From positions 33,578 through 97,577 of the forward strand of contig CAVVUS010000033.1 in assembly GCA_963751345.1 (NCBI GenBank): DNA of 64,000 bases. The letters run 5' to 3'. Shown in pieces: positions 8,765-19,572 of the stretch (positions are counted from its first letter, which is position 1; each line of letters begins with the position of its first letter). The notes under the pieces are model-generated. The model searched no databases, was not told the origin of the DNA, and saw only the letters and a list, made by a program, of their open reading frames with translations. Made by a program: the position numbers and the translations under genes. Source of the DNA: an uncultured Chloroflexia bacterium (lineage in GTDB: Bacteria; Chloroflexota; Anaerolineae; B4-G1; SLSP01).

Positions 8765-9983
8765 GTGGACGCTAGCGGTCGTCGACTGCGGTTGGTGTTG
8801 TTCACGACGGTGTACTTTGTCGAGGGGGCGCTGCTGACCTATTTCTCAGGGTTCAACGCGCTCTACCTGCGGTCCTATGGTGTCTCATACACGCGCATCG
8901 GGCTGGTCGGCGGGATCACGCTGATACCCTTCGTGCTGAAGATCTTTATCGGGCTCCTGAGCGACCGCGTCAGCCTCTTTGGGATGGGGCGTCGCAAACC
9001 CTACATCGTCATCGGGCTGGCGCTCCAGGCCGTGGCGATCGGGGTGCTCACGTTCGTCTCGCCGGTGGACCAGTTTCCGCTCTACCTCGCGCTGATGGTG
9101 CTGACGGCGCTGGGGATGTCGACGTACGACACCGCCACCGATGGCTTCTCCATCGACAGCACGGCAGAGGGCGATCGTGGGCTGGTGCAGGGGCTGATGG
9201 TGGGCGGCAGGGCGCTGAGCGGGGTGGTGATGGCGCTCGCGATGGGGCAGTTGTCGCAGCGGGGCCAGTGGTCGGGCATCTTCCTGCTGATGGCCGCCCT
9301 GGCCGTCGTCACGGTGCCGCTGGTGCTGTCGACGAAGGATGCGGGCAGCCGTCGTGCCGCTGCGCAGGCGCCGACACGCGGCGCGTTCCGGGCGTTCCTG
9401 GACTGGGGCTTCGTCCTCTTCCTGGTCCTGGGCATCGTCTATCCGTTCGCGCTCTACAGCACCAACGGCATGGTCAACGTCTTTCTGAACGAGGGCCTGG
9501 GCGTCGGGCTGGGACGTGTCGGCGTCTACACCTCGGTCTTCGGTATCGGGACGCTGCTGGGCGGCGTGGTGGGTGGCCCGCTGATGAAGCGCATCGGCCG
9601 TCGCACCAGCGTGATCGCTGCGCTGCTGATCACGGCGAGCGCAACCCTGGGTCTCGCCATCGGTCCCGTCGGTGGGGCTGGCCTGGGCCGTCGTCGCGCT
9701 CTTCGGTATCGCCTTTGGCTACTACGAGACCGTCTACTTCGCGGTGGGGATGGAGTTCTGCGACCCGCGGATCGCGGCCTTCACCTTTGCCTTCATCATG
9801 GCGGTGGGCAACATCGGCATCGGGCTCGGCCAGCCCGTCGCGGGCATGTTGGTGGATAGCGTGGGCTTCCGGCCGATGTTCGGCATCTTCGCGGGCGTGC
9901 ACGTCCTGGCACTGCCCGTGGTGTGGGGGGTGTTTCGAAGGAAGCGGTCAGCGATCAGCGGTCAGCAGGTAGCTGTCAGCTGA
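8765..9983 (+). CDS. MFS transporter, AmpG-like (frameshift near 9670)
   Basis: YFVEG, LIPFVLKIFIGLLSDR..GMGRRKPYI and STYDTATDGFSID motifs; ORFs 8750-9859 and 9672-9983 join. Confidence 0.85.
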
Positions 9984-10007
9984 TAGCTGTCGGTGACCGG
10001 TTCGAGA

Positions 10008-10063
10008 AGACCTTTGGGGTTTCCTGCTCACAGATGCTTCTCGACAGGAAACCCCAAAGGTCT
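10008..10063. repeat. REP-like palindrome family A (AGACCTTTGGGGTTTCCTG...CAGGAAACCCCAAAGGTCT)
   Basis: Perfect 19-bp inverted repeat; related copies at about 11239, 24865 and 35719. Confidence 0.85.
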
Positions 10064-10085
10064 CTGCGCCAAAGGAGTCCACACT

Positions 10086-11198
10086 ATGCGCATCACATCC
10101 GTCGATGTCACGCCGCTGAACCTCATCCCGCAGGTCGCGCTGACCGTGGCTTACGGCAGCTATTCCGTCTTCGAGTACGCCATGCTGGTCATCCACACCG
10201 ATGCCGGGGCCGTCGGGCTGGGCGAGGCGTCGCCCGATCCGGTGGTGACCGGCGAGACACAGGCGGGCGTGGTCTCGGCGCTCGAGGCCATGGGGCGCGT
10301 GCTGATCGGACGCGACCCGCTGGAGCTTACGGTGCTTCTGTCAGAGGCCGAGGCTGCCGCGGCCTCCGCCTCAGCGGAGGTTGGCTTCCCGGCGGCCTTG
10401 GCCGCGGTCGATATGGCGCTCTACGACCTGGCGGGCAAGGCGCTCGGCGTCCCGGTCTCGACGCTGCTTGGGGGCAGGGTGCGCGACGGGATGCAGCTCT
10501 ACCCGGTCGTGCCGATGGACACGCCGGAGGCGATGGCCGCGCTGGCGCAGGGGTTCTCGGCGATGGGAAGCGCCGTGTTGAAGCTCAAGATCGGGTCGCG
10601 CGACCTCGATCTCGACGTCGCGCGGGTGGCGGCGGTTGTGAGGGCCGTGGGCGGCGACACGCGGCTGCGGCTGGACGTCAACCAGGGGTGGGGCGACGCC
10701 GCCACCGCGATCGAGGCGATCGGGCGCCTCTCGAGCTTCAACGTTGAGTACGTCGAGCAGCCGGTGGCGGCGGACGATCTGGCCGGGATGGCACAGGTGG
10801 TGGCTGCGGTCGATATACCCATCATGGCGGACGAAAGCTGCCACACGGCGGCGGACGCGCTGGCGATCGTGCGCGCGGGCGCCGCCGACCTGCTCAACAT
10901 CAAGCTGATGAAGTGCGGGGGGATCCGGCGCGCGCTCGATATCCTGGCGGTCGCCGAGGCGGCTAGCACCCTTGAGGGCGCGGGCGTCGGCTGCATCCTC
11001 GGGTCGATGGTGGAAAGCTCGATCGGCAGTGCCGCGGGGATGCATCTTGCCGTGGCGCGGGCCGGTATCGCGTCCTGCGAGCTGATCGGACCGCTCTTCG
11101 TCACCGGCGATCCGGCGACGGGTTACGTCGTCGACCCTGCCACGGGCTGGGCCGAGGCGCCCGATGGGCCGGGGCTGGGGGTGAGGTTGCGGAAGTGA
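10086..11198 (+). CDS. Dipeptide (L-Ala-D/L-Glu) epimerase-like enolase-superfamily protein
   Basis: GLGEASP..VTGET, KLKIG (KxK), LDVNQGW, EQP, MADES, NIKLMKCGG, GSMVES. Confidence 0.85.
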   Translation: MRITSVDVTPLNLIPQVALTVAYGSYSVFEYAMLVIHTDAGAVGLGEASPDPVVTGETQAGVVSALEAMGRVLIGRDPLELTVLLSEAEAAAASASAEVGFPAALAAVDMALYDLAGKALGVPVSTLLGGRVRDGMQLYPVVPMDTPEAMAALAQGFSAMGSAVLKLKIGSRDLDLDVARVAAVVRAVGGDTRLRLDVNQGWGDAATAIEAIGRLSSFNVEYVEQPVAADDLAGMAQVVAAVDIPIMADESCHTAADALAIVRAGAADLLNIKLMKCGGIRRALDILAVAEAASTLEGAGVGCILGSMVESSIGSAAGMHLAVARAGIASCELIGPLFVTGDPATGYVVDPATGWAEAPDGPGLGVRLRK

Positions 11199-11238
11199 TG
11201 CCGGTTGCGGACGTACGCCGCTCGGCTGTCCCGGAGAG

Positions 11239-11294
11239 CTTTGGGGTTTCCTACTCAACAGGGCGCCTCGTCGACAGGAAAACCCCAAAGGTCT
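11239..11294. repeat. REP-like palindrome family A
   Basis: CTTTGGGGTTTCCT...AGGAAAACCCCAAAGGTCT in the intergenic space. Confidence 0.8.
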
Positions 11295-11323
11295 TCGCCT
11301 TGCATCAAGGAGTCTTCATAGAC

Positions 11324-12667
11324 ATGATCGATTGGTCCTCCGTCGCCGACGAGGCGGCGTTGCTGCTGAGCCGGTATGTGCAGATCGACACGACGAATCC
11401 GCCGGGGCACGAGCTGCCCGCGGCGGAGTTTCTGTCCGCGGAGCTGCGGGCGCGCGGCTTCGACCCGGTGGTCTACGAGCCGGCGCCCGGCAGGGCGAAC
11501 GTGGTGGCGCGGCTTCCGCATACCTGTCCCGACGCGGAGGCCCGCGGCGCGATCATCCTGCTGCACCATATGGACGTCGTGACGGCGGATCCGGCGCGCT
11601 GGTCGTTCGACCCGTTCGGCGGCGAGGTGCGCGACGGCTACGTCTGGGGCCGTGGGACGATCGATATGAAGGGTATGGGGATCATGGCCCTGCTGGCGCT
11701 CGATCTGCTCCGGCGCGACGACGGGCCGCGCACCCGTGCGCCGCGCACGCGTGATCTGATCTACCTGGCGGTCGCTGACGAGGAGGTGGCGAGCGTGCCC
11801 GGCGTGCGGTGGCTGCTCGACCAGCACGCGGCGGAGCTCGAGGCCGAGTTCGTCTGGGACGAGGGTGGCTTCGGGCTGCGCGACTTCTTCGGGCCGGGCA
11901 CCGTCTTCACGGTGGCTGTGGCGGAGAAGCAGGCGCTGTGGCTGAGGGTGGTCGCCGAGGGCGAGCCGGGTCACGGTGGCATGCCGCACGCGGAGAACGC
12001 CAACGACATTCTCGTCAGCGCGCTTTCGCGTATTCACAACCACGAGCCCGAGATCCGTCTCCACGATGTCACGCGCAGGATGTTCAGCACCATCGCCGGC
12101 TCGTTGCCGTTTCCCAAGTCGTGGGTGCTGGCACACCTGGACAACCCGCTGGCCCGGGCAGTCGCTGCGAAGGGACTGACGGCAGCGCCGGCTATCGCCG
12201 CGATTCTCCAGAACACGGTGAGCGTGACCGGACTGCACGCGGGGAGCAAGGCGAACGTCATCCCGGAACAGGCCGAGGCGGTGCTGGACGCGCGACTGCT
12301 GCCCGGTGAGTCGCCGGACGCGTTTGTCGCCGAGCTGCAGCGGATCATCGCTGACGCCCGCGTGCACATCGAGGTCGTGCAGTACCCCTCGCCCAACAGC
12401 GTCTCGGACTACGACAGTATCTTCTTCCGGACGCTCGCGGAGGTCGCGGGCCGGCTGGTGCCGGGCAGCCTGACGGTGCCGCTGTTGACGCCGGGCGCCA
12501 CGGACTCGGCCTATTTCCGCCAGCGGGGCTACAGCACCTACGGGCTGTTCCCCGCTATCCTGAAGGCTGACGAGCTGGCGGGGTTCCACGGGATCGACGA
12601 GCGGATCTCGATTGAGAACCTGGGGTTGGGCACGCGGATGATGTTCGAGGTGCTGAAGAGCTTCTGA
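11324..12667 (+). CDS. M20/M25/M40 family metallopeptidase
   Basis: IDTTNPPGHE, HHMDVV, WGRGTIDMKG, ADEE, DEGG, GATDS, FHGIDERI. Confidence 0.92.
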   Translation: MIDWSSVADEAALLLSRYVQIDTTNPPGHELPAAEFLSAELRARGFDPVVYEPAPGRANVVARLPHTCPDAEARGAIILLHHMDVVTADPARWSFDPFGGEVRDGYVWGRGTIDMKGMGIMALLALDLLRRDDGPRTRAPRTRDLIYLAVADEEVASVPGVRWLLDQHAAELEAEFVWDEGGFGLRDFFGPGTVFTVAVAEKQALWLRVVAEGEPGHGGMPHAENANDILVSALSRIHNHEPEIRLHDVTRRMFSTIAGSLPFPKSWVLAHLDNPLARAVAAKGLTAAPAIAAILQNTVSVTGLHAGSKANVIPEQAEAVLDARLLPGESPDAFVAELQRIIADARVHIEVVQYPSPNSVSDYDSIFFRTLAEVAGRLVPGSLTVPLLTPGATDSAYFRQRGYSTYGLFPAILKADELAGFHGIDERISIENLGLGTRMMFEVLKSF

Positions 12668-12760
12668 GCGGCCAAATCCGTGGTTCAGACAGCTTGACCG
12701 CTTGCGCGTGTTGCCGTCCGACATATAGCGTGCGTGTTCAACGCACAAAGGGAGGAAGCG

Positions 12761-13675
12761 ATGAGCCGTCGACGTCTGCGTGGGTTGGGATGGGTGGCGC
12801 TGTTGGTCCTATGTGCCTTGGCATGTCATCTACCGAATGCCTCGACGCCGGCCTCGCCGGGAGCGAAGCCGCCCGCGACCCTGGCGAGCTCGATCGGGGG
12901 GAAGCCAACGCCTCCGCCGCCGCAGGCGGCTGCCACCGTCGCGCCCACCGATGAGCCTCCGGCCGCAGCCGGGCCCTGCCCACAGGGCAACGCGGCCCGG
13001 GCCGGCGCCGTCGTGCTCTGCTACGATCCCGCGGTGGCCTCGAATGTGAACGGCTCCGTACTCCCTGCCGCGCAGGAGGACGTGCTCTTCGGCGACATCT
13101 GGGCGATGCCGGAGCGGGTGCGCTTCGAGATGCAGGGGTATCCCTCAGGCGTGAGCAATGCGCAGCCGTACATCGTCGTGTACCCGACCGACGGACTCGA
13201 GGCCGCCAGCCCCACTGCAGCGGAGATCCTCGACCAGATCCGGCTGATCCTCGACACCAAGCCGGCGCCGAGCACGATTGATAGCATCCCCATCCTCCCG
13301 CCCGTAAACGCAGCTCAGGTCTATCGTGCCCGTGTCGGCTACCTGGAGGGGGGCAACGCGCGGGGCATCCACTTCCTGACGCAATACGCGCAGGACGTCA
13401 CGCCCGTGGTGAACGAGGCACTGACCTACGTCTACGAGGGCTTTATCGGCGATGGCAGCCACTTCGTCTTCGCGTGGCTGCCGGTCTCGCACCCCACACT
13501 GCGCGATCACTGGTCGGACTACAGCAACGAGGAACTCGCGCCGCTCTACGACGATTACGACGCCTATCTCTATGAGGCGCTTGCCAACCTGGAGATGCAG
13601 CCCGCGGCGAGCTTCACGCCGGACCTGGATCTGCTGAAGGCGATGCTCGAGTCGATACAGGAGGCGAGCGACTGA
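12761..13675 (+). CDS. Hypothetical lipoprotein
   Basis: GGAGG RBS; lipobox ALAC, Pro-rich linker, globular C-terminal domain (LPPVNAAQ...FLTQYAQ...FTPDLDLL). Confidence 0.75.
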   Translation: MSRRRLRGLGWVALLVLCALACHLPNASTPASPGAKPPATLASSIGGKPTPPPPQAAATVAPTDEPPAAAGPCPQGNAARAGAVVLCYDPAVASNVNGSVLPAAQEDVLFGDIWAMPERVRFEMQGYPSGVSNAQPYIVVYPTDGLEAASPTAAEILDQIRLILDTKPAPSTIDSIPILPPVNAAQVYRARVGYLEGGNARGIHFLTQYAQDVTPVVNEALTYVYEGFIGDGSHFVFAWLPVSHPTLRDHWSDYSNEELAPLYDDYDAYLYEALANLEMQPAASFTPDLDLLKAMLESIQEASD

Positions 13676-13693
13676 GGGCGGACCGTGCTTGCC

Positions 13694-14258
13694 CTATGCC
13701 TGCGTGGCCTCCGGGCGATAGCACAGCAGGACATTCCCGTTGCCGAACGTCCTCGTTCTGACAAGGTGGAGACGCAGCCTCTCATCCGGGCCTGAAGAGC
13801 GGCGTGCCGGCACCCAGGATCACCGGGTTGAGCATCACGCGATGCTCATCGACCAGGTCAAGGCGCATCAACGTGGCCATGAAATTGGCGCTGCCGAAAA
13901 CGGCCAGGGCTTTCCCGGACTGCTGCTTCAGCCTCGCGACTTCGTCACCCACGTGGTCCTTGACGAGGCGTGCGTTCTGCCACTCCAGCTTGTCCAATGT
14001 CGTCGAGGCGACGACTTTGGGTATGCGGTTCATCAGGTCGGCGACCACCGGGTCATCCCCGATCGCGGCTGGGGTGGGCCAATAACTTGCCATGAGCTCG
14101 TAGGTCACGCGTCCGAAGAGCAGCGTGCCTATCTCGTGGAGTTGGGCGATGGCGAACTCGTTGAACTCGTCGTCCACGCTGTGCCAACTGATATCCTGTC
14201 CCGGCCCCTCGAAGTAGCCATCGAGGGTCATCATGTTGAATGTGAAGAGCTGTCGCAT
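13694..14258 (-). CDS. Dihydrofolate reductase / RibD C-terminal family protein (frameshift near 13790)
   Basis: TLDGYFEGP, LLFGRVTYE, KVVASTTL, FGSANF, LVDE..NPVILGAGTPLF; C-terminus LHLVRTRTFGNGNVLLCY continues in a shifted frame to a stop at 13694. Confidence 0.88.
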
Positions 14259-14450
14259 CCCGATCCTCCTGTGCGTCGATTTCAGCGTATACGGATCAGA
14301 TGCGCCATCCCGGAACGATCATACCCGTGTTGATTCTGCGCCGACCTGTCGTATAACCGTGCTGGGCACCGTACGTGTAGGGTTGCCCTGTTCCGGTGTC
14401 GGCGCGCCGTCAGGCGCCGCCTACGTCTATGCTTTACAGGAGGTGTCCAC

Positions 14451-17349
14451 ATGCCCGATGGTGCATCGTTCTACACGGTACGACTCCTGGACCCCAAAGC
14501 CGTCTACCTCGACTCCGGGGCGTTTCCCGTCCACGGGGACGGCATCCTGGACGACACCGTGGCGCTCCAGCACGCGATCAACGCGGCGCAGGAGGCCACG
14601 GGCTTCGGGATCGTCTTCGTGCCCGAGGGCCGTTACCGGCTCACCCACACGCTGCACGTCTGGGCGGGGATCCGCCTGATCGGGTTCGGCGCCCGCCGCC
14701 CGGTCTTCGTCCTCGGCCCGAACACGCCCGGCTACCAGGAGGGAGATGGGCGGTATATGATCCACTTCACGAGCGGGCGTCCCCAGGAGGGACAGCCGAT
14801 TCGCGACGCCAACCCCGGCACCTTCTACAGCGCCCTGAGCAACATCGACATCGAGATCGGTGAGGGGAACCCCGCCGCGGTTGGGGTACGGTCGCACTGG
14901 GCACAGCACTGCTATCTGGCCCACGTCGACTTCCGCATCGGGTCTGGGCGGGCGGGGATCGACGAGGTGGGCAATGAGATCGACGATTGCCGCTTCTACG
15001 GCGGCGACTACGGCATCATCACCACCAAGCCGTCGCCGAGTTGGCCCTTTCTGATGATCGATTCGTCCTTCGAGGGGCAGCGGGTGGCGGCGATCCGCAC
15101 CGAGGAGGGCGGGTTGACACTGGTGCGTACCCTGTTCGCGCACGTGCCGACCGCGATCTCGGTGAACCTCGACCGCGCCGAGGAGCTCGTCATCACCGAC
15201 TCGCGCTTCGAGGATATCAGCGGCCCCGCGCTGGTCATCAGCGATGAGGGCAGCGCCCGCACGCAGGTGAACCTCGAGAACGTGGTCTGCGCCGGTGTGC
15301 CGGTGCTCGCGTCGTTCCGCCGGGGCGGAAACACGTTCGCGGGGATCGGGCCGCTCTACCGCGTCAGGTCGTTCTCCCACGGGCTGCAGATCACGGATCT
15401 GGGCGCGGTGCCCGAGGTGCGGACGACGGTCGACCTCGAACTGCTCGACGCGCTGCCGCCTGCGGTGCCTTCGGACGTGCCGGACCTGCCCCCGTGTGAG
15501 ACGTGGGTCAACGTGCGGCAGCTTGGCGCGGCGGGCGACGGGGTCACCGACGACACGCAGGTGCTGAGGGATGCCGTCGCGCAGCACCGGGCGATCTATC
15601 TGCCGACCGGGCGCTACAGGGTCACCGACACCATCACGCTGCGGCCCGACACGGTGTTGATCGGGCTGAGCCCCATCGCGACGCAGATCGTCGTGCTCGA
15701 CGACACGCCCGCGTTCCAGGGCGCGGTAGCAGAGCGCGAGCCGCCGGAGGCGCCGCCGTGGTTGGCGGCGATGATGGCGCGCGCCGGAAGGCGGGAGAGG
15801 GCGGGCCCCCGCGGCTGCCTCGCTGGCTGATGGGCCCGCCCCCCGCGATCGAGGGGCCGCCCAAGCCGCTGCTGGAGGCGCCGCAAGGGGGGACCAACAT
15901 GGTCACCGGGATCGGGCTCGACCCTGGCGGTACCAACGGGTGCGCCGTCGCCGCCAAATGGATGGCGGGGAGCGCTCGATGATGAATGACGTGCGCTTCA
16001 TGGGCGGGCACGGGATGTTCGGGCCGGACGGGTCACGGGTTCAGCCCTACAATGACAATCGCACGGCCGATGCTAACCCCGACCACGTCTGGGACTCGCA
16101 GTATTGGAGTCTCTGGATCACGGACGGGGGCGGCGGGACCTTCAAGGACATCTGGACGCCGAGCCCCACGGCGGCCGCGGGGGTCTACATCTCGGACACC
16201 GAGACGCCGGGCCGGATCTATGCGATGTCGGTGGAGCACCATGTGCGCAACGAGGTGATCCTGCGGAACGTGGCGAACTGGCGGATCTTTGCGCTGCAGT
16301 TGGAGGAGGAGAGCGGCGAGGGGCCGCACGCGCTGCCGGTGGCGCTCGACCGGTGCCGCAACCTGCGTTCGCCAACCTCTATCTCTACCGCGTGATCCGG
16401 ATGGTGGGGCCCTCGCCCTACGGTGTGCGGATGACGGCTGCCGCGACATGAGGTTCCGCGGGGTGCACGCCTACAGCCCGACCAAGTTCTCATTCGACGC
16501 CACGGTCTCGACACGACGACGGGCGTGAGGTGCGGTCGAGCGAGATCGCCCGGCTGACCGTGACGGGTGGGCGACCCCGCGGTCCACGCTGGGGGACGTC
16601 CACGTGTGGAGAGGGTCGCGGGCGGGTTCGAGTTCATCGACGGGGCGACGGTCGATGCCGCGGGGAACGTCTATTTCGTCGACGGGCGGTGGCACCGGAT
16701 CTACCGCTGGCCCGCGGACGGGGGCGCGGTCGAGCTGGTGAGCGACATCCCCATCGCGCCGGTGAGCCTGGCGGCAGACCGGTCGGGACGGCTGCTGGTC
16801 GTGACGCGAACGGGGACGGTGCTCTCGCTCGACCCGGACGGGCGACCCGAGGAACTGCAGATCGTGCAGGAGGTGCCGGCGGTCGACCGGCCCGGGGCGG
16901 TGGCGATGCTGCCGGGACATCGGTGGCGCGATGCGCACGACTTCCTGGCGGTGAGCCAGGCGCCGGTCGAGACGCAGGTCGTCTCCCCGGACGGGTCGAT
17001 CTTCATTCCCAAGAGCCCGGATCTGGTGCGGGCGTTCTCGCTGCGCCCCGCCGTCGTGGGGCAGCCGTTCTACCTCGCCGACGAGTTCGGGCAGAAGACG
17101 TGGCGGTTCAAGGCGCACGCCGACGGGTGGCTCTCCGATCCTGAACTCTTCGCCGAAGAGGGGGAGCTTGGGGTTGCCGTTGACGCGGCGGGGAACGTCT
17201 ACGTGGCGGCGGGCGCGATCTTCGTCTATGACCCGAGCGGCAAGCAGATCGAGCGGATCGAGGTGCCCGAGCGCCCGGCGTGCCTCGTCTTCGGCGGGGG
17301 GGACCGTCGGACGCTGTACATCACCGCGCGGAGCGGACTGTACGGGTGA
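14451..17349 (+). CDS. Pectate_lyase_3 / GH28-related beta-helix fused to SMP-30 gluconolactonase propeller (several frameshifts)
   Basis: Two GDG..DDT.AL/VL motifs with PEGRY/PTGRY; C-terminal EGELGVAVDAAGNVYVA...VPERPACLVFGGGDRRTLYITAR. Pieces 14451-15830, ~15830-15975, 15940-16395 and 16567-17349. Confidence 0.8.
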
Positions 17350-17454
17350 CGATGTTGAAGGGGCCAGGAGGTGAGAGTGACGGATACCGAGGGGATTCGA
17401 GGCACAAAGCGCCTGTCCGAGGGAGACGGCTAGCGTGCGGGGCCGGTGGGGCAA

Positions 17455-17496
17455 AGTGCCAGGCGCCCCGCCTCGGGAGGCGGGAAGTGCCAGGCG
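17455..17496. repeat. REP-like family B (AAGTGCCAGGCGC repeats)
   Basis: AAGTGCCAGGCGCCCCGCCTCGGGAGGCGGGAAGTGCCAGGCGC; nearly the same string recurs at about 38719-38760. Confidence 0.7.
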
Positions 17497-17532
17497 CTGA
17501 GAAGCCGCGAAGGCACCGAGAGAAGGAGTGCT

Positions 17533-18699
17533 ATGAAGATTCAGTTCATTGAAGTCTATCTGATCGACCTGGGGCACCGGAACGTGCCTTACGTCCGCGT
17601 GCTGACCGACGAGGGCGTGCACGGAGTGGGGGAGGCATATAGCATCGGGCCCGACCGTGCGACGGTCGCCGCGATCGAGGACCTGGCCGGGTGGCTGATC
17701 GGCCGCGACCCCCTGGCGATCGAGGGACTGTGGCAGTTGATGTACGCCGGGTCGCGTTTCCCCGGTGGGTCAATTCTCAACGCCGCCATCAGCGGGATCG
17801 AGCACGCGCTGTGGGACATCAAGGGGAAGGTGCTTGGGGTGCCCGTCTACGAGTTGATCGGCGGCAGGTGCCGCGACAGGGTGCGGGTCTACCAGTCGGC
17901 GGGCGGCGACACACCGGAGGCACTGGCCGAGAGCGCGCAGCGACTGGTGCGCACCTACGGCTATACGGCGCTGAAGATGTTTCCCTTCGACCGGCGGGAC
18001 GAGCCGCTCTGGCACGATATGGGGCTCGCGAAGGCGATGCGCGGTGCAGAGGCGCGGATCCGGGCGGTGCGTGAGGCGGTAGGCGACGACGTCGACATCG
18101 GGCTCGACGCCCACGCGCAGATCTTCCAGCCGTCGACGGCGCTGACGCTCTGCCAGGTGCTGCAGCCTTTCCATCCGCTCTTTCTGGAGGAGCCGCTGCG
18201 CCCCGAGAACCGTGAGGCGCTGGGGCATCTGCGCTCCGAGTCGCCCATCCCGATCGCGACCGGCGAGATGCTCTACACCAAGTACGAGTTCCGCGACCTG
18301 TTGGCCAACGCTGCTGCGGATATCGTGCAACCGGATGTGTGTCTGATGGGCGGCCTCTGGGAGATGAAGAAGGTCGCGGCGATGGCGGAGGCGGCGTACG
18401 TGACCGTGGCGCCGCACAACCCCTGCGGGCCGGTCGCGACCGCGGTGAACACTCACTTCGCGCTGAGCACGCACAACTTCCTGATCCTGGAGTATCACCC
18501 GGATGACGACCCGGAACGCGCCGCGATTGTCGACGAACCGATGCGGCTCGTCGACGGTTACCTGGAGGCGCCCACGCGGCCCGGGCTGGGGCTCGACCTG
18601 AACGTGGATGTGCTCAAGGAGAAGGTGGCGGCGGAGGGGTACAAGTCGTGGCACCGGCGGTTCCTGTGGCGTATAGATGGCGGATTGGGGTATCAGTAG
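17533..18699 (+). CDS. Mandelate racemase-subgroup sugar-acid dehydratase (galactonate dehydratase DgoD-like)
   Basis: TDEGVHGVGEA, AISGIEHALWDIKGK, GYTALK, DAH, FLEEP, IATGE, QPD, APHNPCGP, ILEY. Confidence 0.88.
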   Translation: MKIQFIEVYLIDLGHRNVPYVRVLTDEGVHGVGEAYSIGPDRATVAAIEDLAGWLIGRDPLAIEGLWQLMYAGSRFPGGSILNAAISGIEHALWDIKGKVLGVPVYELIGGRCRDRVRVYQSAGGDTPEALAESAQRLVRTYGYTALKMFPFDRRDEPLWHDMGLAKAMRGAEARIRAVREAVGDDVDIGLDAHAQIFQPSTALTLCQVLQPFHPLFLEEPLRPENREALGHLRSESPIPIATGEMLYTKYEFRDLLANAAADIVQPDVCLMGGLWEMKKVAAMAEAAYVTVAPHNPCGPVATAVNTHFALSTHNFLILEYHPDDDPERAAIVDEPMRLVDGYLEAPTRPGLGLDLNVDVLKEKVAAEGYKSWHRRFLWRIDGGLGYQ

Positions 18700-18734
18700 A
18701 GATTGGTCCAGTCTTCCGAAGATTGGACCAATCT
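18700..18734. repeat. Palindrome family D (AGATTGGTCCAGTCTTCCGAAGATTGGACCAATCT)
   Basis: Near-perfect inverted repeat immediately after the stop codon; second copy at 27311-27344. Confidence 0.75.
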
Positions 18735-18758
18735 TCGATCGCAGGTTAGAATGATGCT

Positions 18759-19544
18759 ATGAACAATGCCACGGATGCCTCGGTTCGCTCCACGCCGGTG
18801 CCGGCTGCCCCGCGACGTCCCAAGGGCCTGCGCTTACTGTGGCAGCGCCTGATCCTGCGACGGCAGGCGCGGCGGGATTACGAAAACGCCCGCGGGACCC
18901 TCCACGTCGAGATGCTGCGCAAGGCGCAGGCGCGGCTGGATGTGGCTTCGAGCAAGTGGCAGGCAGAGCTGCAGGCCGTGGAGCGGGAGCGGGCGGCGCT
19001 TCAGGCGCAGTGCGACGAGGAGCTGGTGCGGCTTCTGTCGCGCTACCTGGTGCTGACGCGCCTCGACGAGGTGCGCGGTATGGCGCCGAAGACCAAGGCC
19101 GACATCATCCGGGACGTCTTTGACGACCACCTGGAGGATCTGCGCAGTGCCCAGTGGGTGGCGGGCGTCTCCGAAGGATGCCAACGCGCGATCAACGACT
19201 GGATTCTCCACTACCGGCGGCAGTTTCCCGCGCTGCTCGAGGAGGACTTTCCGGGCCGGCGGCAGGTCATGGGCCGCTACGAGGCACGCCTCGAGCGCTT
19301 CGATGTCCGGCTCCGGGTCCTTCGCGCGCGGGTGGATGACCTCGTTGCGCTGCGCGAGCGTGTCGGGCAGGCGTTGGCGCGGCTGTGGCCCGTGACGGTG
19401 CAGGATTTCGTCACGGCGGCACGCGATCCGACCGATGCCACGGCCTACACGGCGGTGCAGGGGTACCTGCGGGGCGTCTTCGCCGAGTGGGAGCCGATGC
19501 CTGAATGGTTCCGCCGGGCGTGCACGGTGGCGGAAGACGAGTAA
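18759..19544 (+). CDS. Hypothetical coiled-coil protein with possible degenerate helix-hairpin-helix motifs
   Basis: 261-aa ORF collinear with neighbours; LDEVRGMAPKT and VAGVSEG resemble HhH turns. Confidence 0.6.
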   Translation: MNNATDASVRSTPVPAAPRRPKGLRLLWQRLILRRQARRDYENARGTLHVEMLRKAQARLDVASSKWQAELQAVERERAALQAQCDEELVRLLSRYLVLTRLDEVRGMAPKTKADIIRDVFDDHLEDLRSAQWVAGVSEGCQRAINDWILHYRRQFPALLEEDFPGRRQVMGRYEARLERFDVRLRVLRARVDDLVALRERVGQALARLWPVTVQDFVTAARDPTDATAYTAVQGYLRGVFAEWEPMPEWFRRACTVAEDE

Positions 19545-19572
19545 CGGGTGACGATGGACGAAAAGGGGTACT

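Noticed and set aside
9660-9680. Programmed ribosomal frameshifting in split genes
   Set aside because: No consistent slippery heptamers at the junctions, and these families are not known to be recoded. Sequencing error is the simpler explanation.
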